A DNA stretch of 64,000 nucleotides, from contig OZ024742.1 in NCBI GenBank assembly GCA_964016885.1, positions 334,738,001 to 334,802,000 on the forward strand, given 5' to 3'. Of this stretch, positions 39,222 to 50,769 are shown one piece after another (positions within the stretch are counted from its first letter, which is position 1; the number at the start of each line of letters is the position of its first letter). The DNA comes from Eledone cirrhosa (taxonomy: Eukaryota). Under the pieces are notes generated by a model. That model saw only the letters and a program-made list of their open reading frames with translations. It did no database searches and had not been told where the DNA came from. The position numbers and the translations under genes were made by a program.

Positions 39222-39576
39222 CGTATGTACATGTATGTGTATGTGTGTGTGAGTGTGTGCGCGCTCGAATACGTACATATATATAATTCGGTGTGTTTTA
39301 GATATTTGAGGAATAAGAATGTTTAGTGAGGCAATGTGTATAATAATATTTATCCACAATAGTGTATATAGTATATAAAGAGTGAATGCATCATTTCATG
39401 GCACTTTTAAACTTTTCCATTTAAAATATCTAATATCTCTTGTATGGTTCCTCCCGAAAGATTTCCAGAAACCTGATATTTCTTACTACCAGAAATCATA
39501 CGGTAAGCTGCTTACTTCCAATAAACACTCTCAAACCATCTCTTGTGTTTATATTTGTATTAGATTTCTCCCCGAC

Positions 39577-39672
39577 TTCTTCTTCTTCTTCTTCTTATTC
39601 TTCTTCTTCTTCTTCTTCTTCTTCTTCTTCTTCTTCTTCTTCTTCTTCTTCTTCTTCTTCTTCTTCTTCTTC
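39577..39672. repeat. (TTC)n microsatellite
   Basis: Seen directly. Confidence 0.95.
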
Positions 39673-40106
39673 TCCACCTTCTTCTCATCCTTCTTTTTCT
39701 TCTTCTTCTCCATCTTATCCTCTTCTTGCTCCTCCTACTTCTTCTCCTCCTCCTTTCTTTCGTCCTTATTTTTTCTACTTTTTTCATCTACACGTCTCAA
39801 CTCTTTTCTGTAAATGTCATCTCTCTACACTCATCTGTCTCACCATTTTGAGCCCAAATAAGGAAAACACTAAGATGTTGTGTTTAATAATAATAATTGT
39901 TTCTACTTTTGGCACAAGGCCAGCAATTACTCAGTACATTACTGGTACTTTATTTTATCGACCCCGTGTGTTTAATAATAATAATAATATTCATGTATGT
40001 CGTATATTCAAAGCCTTAAAATCGAGTTGGTCGGACAGTTGATTATGTAGACCACATTACTTTGGTGTTCATTTAACTCATCAACTCCAAGAGAATGAAA
40101 GGCAAA

Positions 40107-40580
40107 TGAAGCGGTCGAAACGGAGTTCCTTCGAAGGCTCTTTAGAGTAAATCGGAGATTAAAGAGTCACTCCAGGTGGAGCCTCTACTAGAGTAATAAC
40201 AGAAAGAATATGAACTTGAATACAAGCGGCCGAAATTGAGTTCCTCCGAAGGGTCTTTAGAGTAACATTACTCGATAGAGTGCGTATCTCAGAGATCAGA
40301 GAAGCGATCCACGGAGGGTCGTTACTTCTCCGAATTGAGAGATCACAGCTCTAATACTATGGGCATGTGGTTAGAGTGTCTCAGGAATAAAATCGCTGGA
40401 GAGATTTTACGGGCTAAACCAACCGACAGGAGACCCAGGGATAGAGACCGAGCAAGATGGTTGGATAACATCCTTGAGTTTGACTGGTCTCGCTTGGGTA
40501 TCCAACCGGATCAGTTGGAGATGGTTGATTCTGCCAGGACCCGCTGAGAGGAGTGTTTAATGACTCTCTCAGGAATAAGT
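40107..40580 (+). pseudogene. RTE-clade LINE 3' fragment (with short duplicated piece at 40107-40192)
   Basis: IQAAEIEFLRRVFRVTLLDRVRISEIRE...LLLRIERSQL*YYGHV...ILRAKPTDRRPRDRDRARWLDNI...LGIQPDQLE. Followed by a (GAY)n(GAA)n tail. Confidence 0.8.
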
Positions 40581-40629
40581 GGACGATGACGACGACGATG
40601 ATGAAGATGGTGATGATGATGATGATGAT

Positions 40630-40845
40630 GAAGAAGAAGAAGAAGAAGAAGAAGAAGAAGAAGAAGAAGAAGAAGAAGAAGAAGAAGAAGAAGAAGAAGA
40701 AGAAGAAGAAGAAGAAGAAGAAGAAGAAGAAGAAGAAGAAGAAGAAGAAGAAGAAGAAGAAGAAGAAGAAGAAGAAGAAGAAGAAGAAGAAGAAGAAGAA
40801 GAAGAAGAAGAAGAAGAAGAAGAAGAAGAAGAAGAAGAAGAAGAA
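40630..40845. repeat. Pure (GAA)n microsatellite, about 72 units
   Basis: Seen directly. It explains the poly-E/K/L pseudo-ORFs. Confidence 0.97.
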
Positions 40846-41329
40846 TTACGAGTAAGTGCATTATTTTCGAATCAAGCGCTGAAAAATATTGTCTCTTTGA
40901 AAAGCGCCACAATGCAAATGAACTAAAAATGATAGTTGAATAAGTCGTGTAAAGAACACATGCAGACAGAAACGCCTGCGAATCTAATGAATATTATTAT
41001 TTATTCCATCTAAATGGTTACAAGTTATTTTTGCTTTTTGTTTTCACAAGGAAGCAAACACCGACATAGCAAGTATATAATTTCAATAGATTTAACGTTA
41101 TTTCGAATATACTTTATATACATAGCCAACGGCGGCTCTATACATTTAAAACCAATCAGCTTCACAAAAGAAGTGAGGAAATGAATACATATGAGGTATG
41201 AGAGTAATGAAACCTACAAATATATATAGACAAACAGAAGAAACACATTAGCAATTTTGTCCGGGAGGACAATGAAGCAACTTCTATCTGATGTTTTGCA
41301 AAGGACATGAGAGAGTATGTTGTAATTGT

Positions 41330-41625
41330 ATAATTGTCAGAGAATATTGTTGTCTCCATTTGTGATAACAGGAGAATGAAGCCTGTAATAACTCATGGCA
41401 TTCACGTTCAAGCAATAAGTATGTATTAGTCATGTACAGTATGAACGAACTTTTAACAATAACTAAAAAAAAGAAACTCACTAGATATTAATTCTCAACA
41501 GTTGTAGCGAAATTGTGTTGGTAAACAGGTTGTAGATATGCGACAAAATTTGTTAAATAACTCATTAGATCCTAACTCCTTCCTTAATACCAGAAGTGAA
41601 CTCTACAAACCTTAACTGCACAACG
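41330..41625 (+). pseudogene. Possible highly decayed Penelope GIY-YIG fragment
   Basis: Scattered motifs in different frames: TFKQ...TFNN, KLCW, FLNTRSELYKP*LH. Confidence 0.3.
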
Positions 41626-42061
41626 CAAAATCCATTCTTCGCTTCTGCCTCCCAAGTAAGCAGACTCCCACAATACACCAGTTGTTCTCACAACAAACAT
41701 CCACCAGTTAGTAGCTATAACATTGACTCCAGCGAAGCAGCCAGATAAATCGAGTGGATATCGTGCGAAAATGTTCCTTTCGCATTAAATATCAGACAAA
41801 AACAAATTCATTCGATAAAAGATATTTTTCCTCACATCTTGCTTCCCTAATAAAGGAGGAAAATGTTTTTCTTAAAAAAATTTTTTTCAAATGGTTTCAG
41901 ACCGGAAGTAAACAATACTTCCGAGCATGAATATTTTTTCAGAAAGGCTGAAGATTGATATTCAAGGCATGATTAATCTGCTACGATTAATGGTATACCA
42001 TCATGAAACATTGAGTACCTACGAAGACATATGCTCACTTGCCATGTATGTATATATATAT

Positions 42062-42139
<78 letters not shown>

Positions 42140-42602
42140 TGTGTGTATGTATGTATGCATGTGTATGTGTGTATGATGGAGGTGTATACATACTTCAATA
42201 TGACATAGAGGACGAACAGTACTCAATACTGAAAGTAAAGTACTATGATTTAATGCCAGCTAAAATATTACAGAAAGCTCGAAGTGTTACAGTCTCTCTC
42301 TCTATATATATATATCTAAAAGTCTAAAGTCTGTCTTAAGCCAGAAGACTCATTTGGCCGGTGCTTATCCCGGTTTCATGGCGTGAAACAACTGAGAGTA
42401 CAAGACTCCCCCACCAGTCCATCGCAGGGTTAAACCTCCAGCTATTGCTGTTACTCATTTTCAACTGAGTATACTGGAGCAACGTGAAATGAAGTGTTTT
42501 GCTCAAGAAAACAACACGCAACCCAGGAATCGAACCCACGACATTATGATCGTAGGTCCAACACTCTTACCTTAGGCCAGCCACCTCCACTATATATATA
42601 TG

Positions 42603-42638
<36 letters not shown>

Positions 42639-42948
42639 TTTATTAAAATAACAGATTAAAGTTTAAGCAAAGAATCGCTGCTTTCACCCTTAACGGGATC
42701 TTAGTCTTCACATTTATTATTATTACTATATATATATATAAATTAATAAAAATAATGAATAAAAACAAAGAAACAGTTCCTTATATTAAAACATTCATCA
42801 TTTTACGATCGTTTCTAGGATATATATGTGTGTGTGTTGGTATGTATATCATATAGATCTATGTAAAATTTTTCAAACTATCAGAGGGAATATACATACC
42901 TACACATATATATGATTGGACACTACCGTACATTTTGGTAAATTTATC

Positions 42949-43004
<56 letters not shown>

Positions 43005-43034
43005 AAAGAATAGAGGTGTAACACACAAGTTATG

Positions 43035-43419
43035 ATATATTGGTAAACGGAATAGAAAATGCTGACAAATTGTTCACAGTGAAAAATAGTTTAATTAGGA
43101 ATAAGTGAGAATTAGTAATAGTATTGGTTAGTATTCAGTTTTGGTTTTAAGTTTTACCGGTTGCGCATTTCTAATGCTTTTCAAAAATAATTTTGAGATA
43201 GAGCGTCCGTGATGTTTGCTCTAATCTGATAAGAGCAAAGATCACGGACGCTCTATCTCAAAATTATTTTTGAAAAGCATTAGAAATGCGCAACCGGTAA
43301 AACTTAAAACCAAAACTGAATACTAACCAATACTATTACTAATTCTCACTTATTCCTAATTAAACTATTTATCACTGTGAACAATTTGTCAGCATTTTCT
43401 ATTCCGTTTACCAATATAT
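43035..43419. repeat. Near-perfect long palindrome (about 188-bp arms, 9-nt loop)
   Basis: Arms 43035-43222 and 43232-43419 with two visible mismatches. Loop is aatctgata. Confidence 0.95.
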
Positions 43420-43704
43420 ATACTCAGTGAAATGAGGTGTGTTAAGGGAAAATGCCAGCTGGTTGACATCCGCTCAAAACTGACATAAATATATATCGTA
43501 GGAAAGCATAAACCTGGTGATCATAATAATCGATATATACTAATATGTTCAACGGTATCATGCTCATCGATATCATGGAGCCCATCTTGATAATAGTCAT
43601 AATTATCATCATCACTCTCACGACTACCATTTTCAGCATCACCGCCAATCAGAACATAATTATCGCCATCATTAATACCATAAATTGTTACGAACATAAA
43701 CTGA

Positions 43705-43815
<111 letters not shown>

Positions 43816-44756
43816 GGACTTTCCAGTTAACCAACATCAATGACTGAGATTCAAGGAATAACAACAACAATAATAATAATATTAATAAAAATAATGATAA
43901 TACCAATTTCTCTTATTTTTAATAATGATAATATTTATGGTGATAATGATATTGGTGATAAAATAGAGGGAGAAATAGACATGTAGATATTAATGTCCAT
44001 TTCTCAAATAATCAGGAAGTTGTATGCTTAAGTGAAAACTATAGCAGCAGTACCAACACCAACACCGCCCTCTTGATCATCATCATTATCCTCATCAACA
44101 ATGACAACATTAAAACCAATTTACTAGAAAGGAAAAATGCAGTCGAGGAAATAAGTTAATGAGCAACAGTAAACCAATAACGCCACTAACAACGGCAACA
44201 ATAATATCAACAACAGAAACAACAAGTCAAGCAACAAGACAAGGAACAAATACAACAATAAAAGCAACAACCACAAATATATATTTATCAAGAAACAATA
44301 CATTAAACAAACAAAACCGGAAGTGTAAGAAAGAAATGATTCGGGCGATTGGACATGCGTGAATAGCAATGAGTGGCGTGTCTGATCAGATCAACGGCAC
44401 TGAGACGGAAGCGGAAGCAGTTTAATTGCTCAGTGGTAACTAAATGGTTTGATATTATTATATAGCAATATGGCCGCTTCGCTGAGAAAATTACTTTGCG
44501 CAGTGGAGTGTGGATGATGGCGGCATTTATCATGAGGGAAATGACCAACAGTATAATGCACACGCGCACGCACACACATACACACTTATTTATATAGTTA
44601 CATGGGTTTGTGTATGTCACATTACACACATACACTCACACACATATATATGTTTGTGCGTGTGTGTATGTATGTGTGTGTGTATTTATATGATTATGCA
44701 TATATATAGACCTATATATATAAAACATATAGGTACGTTTATGTGTTTGTGTAAGC

Positions 44757-44847
<91 letters not shown>

Positions 44848-45050
44848 CATACATATGTATATATATATATAGCTATATACATATTCATGCATATACATCC
44901 ATATATATACTTTTAGTAAGTTTGGTTTGAAAATCAAGTGGACCAGTTTTCAAAGAGAACATGAAATTATGCAGAATAACTAAGACTGCAACAGAGAAAG
45001 AGTATCAATTATTTCTATTAAAACATAAATTATTCATATGTATATATTAT

Positions 45051-45125
<75 letters not shown>

Positions 45126-45298
45126 AGGTGCATTATTGGTTGTGTAAAATGGTCCAATATCTTTATGTTAGCAATATTAAGTTCTCCACGCTTTTGTATA
45201 TCTCCAATTCCATTCCAGGGAACAGCTAGATGATGTAAAACGAAGTATAAGTATCAAAATGAAAATCTGCAGTCATGGTAAAATTCCAATCATTTAAT

Positions 45299-45370
45299 CA
45301 CGACACATGTTTCAATAAGAGATAGATCGATTGTGAAGCCATGATCGATTATCACTGATCTCATCAGTTG
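45299..45370 (-). ncRNA. Degenerate type I hammerhead ribozyme motif
   Basis: Minus strand: caa CTGATGA gat...att GAAAC atgt GTC gtg. Shares the downstream tgattaaatg tail with the 8471 motif. Confidence 0.45.
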
Positions 45371-46899
45371 TAAATGAAATGTCTTCAAATTCTTGATATG
45401 AGGGAGAAAAAAATTAACGATGTTCTCTTACAGAATTCATTCCCTCATATGGAGACACACCAGTCAGTCAGAGACACGGCGACTGTTATTAGCTTTAGTT
45501 GAGGTTATAAATTTTTCAGATTTCTATCGCTGCAAAAGACGCTGGACATCAATCAAATCTGTAGGGATGCAGTCAGTCAAAGTTAAAAGTGAGTGGGTAC
45601 ACATACATTGGCTCAAGGTCAACGAAAAATATATACATATATATACACACATCAACACAGTATTAAACCCGTAGAATTAGCGTGGGTGGGTACACACACA
45701 CCGAAGCGATGTCCGAGAAAAAAACAAATATAATAGAACAAATATAATAAAACAAATATAATAAAAAGAATATAAGAATGTACCAACACAGCACTCACCG
45801 AAAGTTAATTCACAAAGCAACAGAAGCTATGTCGATCAAATCTCAATTTGACGATGTAAATTGGAAATATTGGGTTAACCAACGCCCAACACATACACAC
45901 ACACACTCACACACGCGTGCGCGCGCAAGTAAGTTCAGTTCAGTGTTCTGCTATATGTGTATAGATCGAATTGTAACATCCATATCTTCAAGTGTATGTT
46001 ATGGTATATACACATCTGAATCGTCCAAAAAAGGGTATGTCCGGGTATATACACATCCATGTGAAGAGCAAGCCACCAGCTTATGTTGAACTCCTTGTGT
46101 ACCGCTGTCCAGTTGAGAATCCGTCTCACCAAATCCGTGCGTGCAAGCAACTGCAATGTAGGCCGGCAAAGACCTCCGTGTAGGGTTGGATATTGGGTAA
46201 ATGCGTCCGCAAGTGCGATTTCCCATCATATGGGTCAAGGAGCTTTTAAGATAGTTGTTTGAGTGGTGGAGGTGTGCTATCCAACACAGAAGGTGAAGTA
46301 AGATAATACAGGACAGTAAAATCCAAAGCATGTGTGTAGTCCCATTAATGGAGTGTCAGTATTATTGTTCAATCCGTAACAGTGAGTCCTCCAAGGCTAG
46401 ATGATCACGCATCAAAACCTGGTGTAGTGTTTAGTCGGTAGGAACGTGACAGTCGTAATTTTGGGAGCTCAATGTCTATATATATATATATATTAGAAAG
46501 TGAGGTTTTTTTTACAAATTGAAGAATAACCGAGGTGTCCTACACGAGTGAAAGTATAAAGAAAAAGCGATGAAATCGAAAATGCAACTGGAGTCTTATT
46601 TTTTTTTAAAATATATATATTTATTTGGTTCCTTTAGCGGTTTCGCAGTTCTTCTGCTTTTCAAAAGTAGAGTTGAGATGGAGGGTCTGTGGTTTTTCTC
46701 ACATCTGGTTGGTCTCTGAATGTTACTTGTTTTATATGGAAAAAGTGGCTCGAAATGCCAGGTTTTTCGAGAAGTAATTTGATTGGTTGGTAAATAATTA
46801 TAATAAATTTCGCGCCAGTTTGCGTTACAATAGTTCTTCAAGTAAGAAGGGGGGTTGTCACAGGTTGTTTTTTCATATATGAGTGTTTGAATTTCTTTT

Positions 46900-47055
46900 T
46901 ACTTGAAAAAAGGGGCTCAGTCCAGAATTAGCCGTCGAAACGGCTTGAGCTCAGCCGTCGGGGTCCTACTCGTTCCTATTACCCACTCTACTACTCTAAG
47001 TATTGAGTACTTTGGTGCGTTATGGTCCACCTGGTTCCTTACCACATTTCCTCCG

Positions 47056-47118
<63 letters not shown>

Positions 47119-47124
47119 TGCATG

Positions 47125-47161
<37 letters not shown>

Positions 47162-47241
47162 CGGAGGAAATGTGGTAAGGAACCAGGTGTACCATAACGC
47201 GCCAAAGTACTCAATACTTAGGGTAGTAGAGTGGGTAATAG
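46900..47241. mobile_element. Two 3' ends of an HHR-family element facing tail-to-tail across (TA)n
   Basis: 46976-47058 and 47159-47241 are inverted copies. The left copy carries ggct..agcc-gtc GAAAC ggc ttgagctca gcc GTC at about 46915-46960. Confidence 0.7.
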
Positions 47242-47268
47242 CAACGAGTATATATATACAAACATGCA

Positions 47269-47326
<58 letters not shown>

Positions 47327-47329
<3 letters not shown>

Positions 47330-47690
47330 GAGATCGGAATTGTGAACAAATCCATTTTAAGGAACATTAATTAATATGCCCACCAATCTAGAGCTCTAGA
47401 TAAACAGCGGGGGCGTAATTAGATGGTTTAACAATAGCACCCATAATAGGAGTGCCGCTATGTTTATCGAATGGGACATTGTAGACTTTTACCCTTTCAT
47501 CTCCAGAAACCTTTTAGATAGGGCATTCGATTTCGTCAATAGAATCTACCCTGTAGAAAGGGAGGACCGTATAATGATAACGCGTACGAGGAGAACGCTG
47601 CTATTGCTCTTTAGTGACAAGGCACAATGGCTAAAATGGACCGTTCTAAGCACATGCTTTGACAATAGCATGGGCTCTTCAGATATATTC
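47327..47690 (+). pseudogene. Penelope-like element reverse transcriptase fragment
   Basis: [14 protein letters not shown]...VIRWFNN...FIEWDIVDFYPFISRNLLDRAFDF...RRTLL..FSDKAQWLK...FDNSMGS matches the PLE RT pattern (DIVDFYPSI...ALDF...RKSLLF...W.K...FDVTMGS). Confidence 0.8.
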
Positions 47691-48617
47691 TACACATATA
47701 TTCTATATTTGTAGTCCAAACAGACACATTGTGGCAGCATGATATCTATTTTCCTTTCATCTCTCCTTACTCTATCTACTGGAGAGCTATTTATCTGCTG
47801 ACAACTATTCAGAGAAAGCAATCCCCTCGAGTCTCATCACTTGTCACTGCAATAATGAGGCCTCCCTCTGGAATGTAATGTCTATATATGTTTTTCCTGC
47901 AGGAGTCAATCTACAACAATTTCAAGTGAAGATCAACAGTTTCAATCTCATTGGTCTCGAGGAGCCTACAAAAGCCAGGAGCAAAGCCACTCCTCCCAGA
48001 CTTAGCAACTAACAAATAACCATAAAGATTTAGCGTGTAATTTGTTTGTGAATTGGAAAACTAGGAAGCCACCATGAGAATAGTTTCCTCTTCCATCTTC
48101 TCTTGTTGAAAATGGTGGGATAAGAGATTTACAGTGAATGTATGATGTATGATAATTTAGACGATGTTATTGTCCACTATGTCTAAGTAATTTAATATCC
48201 AGTTCTATACTACAAAACTATATAAGATGCTAGTGCTTCTTCTTGCTATGTGTGTGTCTGTTAAATTTTCACTCTTGACTTTCTTTTCCCTCTTATTCTA
48301 CTTCTTCTTCATGCTCAACTGTTTTTGTCGTTGGTGGTGCCTGTGATCCACCTCCTATCGCTTCTTCGTCTTCTTCTTATTATTATTATTATTATTATTA
48401 TTGAATGCTATGGTTGACGGAGGCTCGGCTCTGTAAGGTATTGTAAATTTTGAACGCTATAACAATTGCAAGTTGTTTAAAACTTTAACCAACTTGTAGA
48501 CAAAAACACCCTCCTCCTCGTGAGAGGGGTCTTTCTGCCCGTTATTTGGCCCTTCGGGGTTAAATAACTGCTTATTAGGGTTTTGTACCCAATATTTATT
48601 TTAAACAAAAAAACAAC

Positions 48618-50729
48618 ATGGCTACGAAAACGAATTTTCATAGGTCACTCCCACTCATTCCGTCTTCTTCTTCCTCAATCGTCACTACAGCAGAGAGAAG
48701 ATTGTCTCTCTCCCTCCCTTCTTTAAATGTGTCTCTCTCCCTCCATTCTCTTTCGCAAGCGACGACAGAAAAGAAAAGTCTCGTGCAAAGCGTGCAAGAT
48801 TTCTCCACGACGACGACGACAACGACGAAACAGGTGTGCGGGAAATACGAAAACCCATTTCATTCGTCTGACGTCAGGAATAATAGCAGTAGCAGCCGTA
48901 ATAACAACAGCAACAGTGACAATGAAAACAACAGTAGCAGCCGCAACAGCATCAGCAGCAGCATAAACAACAACAGCATTAGCAGCAGCAACAACAACAA
49001 CAACCACAGCAACAGCGGCGGCGGCAGTAGTCGTAGTACCTGCAGCAACAACAAAAGTAACAGCAGCTCTGACGACAACAACAACAACAACAGCAGCAAA
49101 GAAAAACCAATCTTGTTTGCAGGTATCGCGAAGAACCTGGAAACAATCCTCATAACAAATGAGGAATTAGAGGAAGCGAAGAAGATGGTGACAAAGACTG
49201 GACACCGAGCAATCTGCAAGGCAGCGGAAACATTTTTCGAAACCCAACAGCACTGTACGGTCATGTACCGTACAGTAAGTACAAAATCCCGTAGGGTTGA
49301 AAGAGCGACAGAGGCTCAAATACAAAAAGCCTTGGGGTCTGTGTGGCAGCGGAAAACGCACATCACCCGAGGCAAGAAATATGCCACAGTGGACGTACTT
49401 TTTGCCACACCCCAGGAGGCAAAGGCTCAATCCGTAGTGACCAATAGGAGCTAGGAAATGGTGTTGGTGCCCTCCTACTGCGGGCAAAAAATTGTGAGGG
49501 TCAAACTGACCCACGTCCCCCCCCCCCCCAGAATGGCCCCTTCTTGGCTGGCCGCGTCTGTCCTCGTCGGAATCGAGGACAAAACAACTGTACTGCAAGT
49601 ACAGAAAAAAGTAAGAGAAGATTGGGTCGGCACCTCCATTGAGATGTTAATCCAAACCAACCAGGAGTGTATCGAAGCTATCCCCGATGTGATAGACTTC
49701 GATAACGGCACTCAACTGCCCATAAGTGTTGAGGGCAAACTCCCGAAATGCTTTCGCTGTGGATCGAAGACTCACCTCAGGGCCTTCTGCAACAAGAAGA
49801 CCCTGAGAAAGGAGAAAACCCCCCTCCTTCCAAAACCGGCTCCACGGCTACCAGCAACAGGACAAGCGGCAACCAGGAACGATAGGTCCGTGGCACCCAT
49901 ACCCACGCCACGGAAATCAAAAACAGCATCAGCAGTGGAAGTATTAACAACAACAACAGCAATATCAAATGCAGCTGCAACAGAGACTCCAGTGCAAACG
50001 TCACCAACAACAACAAGTGAGAGAGTGGAGCTGGTACCCCTCCCCGACCTCACAGAATCAGACATGGAGTGTGAGGTGGGAGAGGGATGGCAAAAGGTCG
50101 TAAGAAGGCACAAACGCAGAAGCAGCGCATCGTCGCCTTTGAAACGGGAGGAAAGAAATGAAAAAAGGGTAAAGTCTACTGCAAAGAGACTCACAGCAGC
50201 AACACCACCAACACCATCACCACCCACACCAGCACCACCATCACCACCGGCGACAACCCCACCGCCAACAACACCTTCAACACCACCACCACAAGCACCA
50301 ACATCGCAAACACAACAACAAAACACACACACCCAGCAACAACGACAAGAAAATAGCAGAACCACACCCCACCCACAGAAAAACAAATGCACGGCAATAA
50401 ATACACACAACAAGAAACTAATGACTTACATAATTGAACACACAGACATTTCACAACACGACTACATAATACCAGCACCAATCAAAACGCCAACTAACAT
50501 AAGACTGCTAAAAGTAGCACAGAAACAATACACAAACATTAAAACGAAATTCCCCAACGCAGTTGGTGATTTCAGAGACCTAGGAGGAACTATCAACCGA
50601 AGAGTATATTCGGACATACTCATAGAAGAGCCGACGACCAGCCAAAGGGACGATTCAACGGTCCCTTCACCAGACGATCAAGTGAAAAGGGATGGAAAAA
50701 CCATCCCTCCTCTACGAAAAGTACGGTAA
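48618..50729 (+). pseudogene. Tx1-type ORF1 (gag-like), one in-frame stop at 49452-49454
   Basis: ORFs 48618-49454 and 49458-50729 are in the same frame. Zinc knuckle CFRCGSKTHLRAFC (CX2CX4HX4C), GWQKV basic motif, low-complexity N/S and P/T tracts. Confidence 0.85.
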
Positions 50730-50769
50730 GTGGTCTTTCCCATCTTTTCCACTCTATTTTAAACATAAC

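Noticed and set aside
40107-40265. Duplicated cgaaac-containing motif as a possible ribozyme pair
   Set aside because: It translates as RTE ORF sequence (EAVETEFLRR / QAAEIEFLRR) and has no CUGANGA box.
39382-40926. Poly-S/F/R/E/K/L ORFs
   Set aside because: Products of (TTC)n and (GAA)n.
45980-46460. GC-balanced stretch with short ORFs on both strands (possible host exon)
   Set aside because: No recognisable domain or supportable splice structure.
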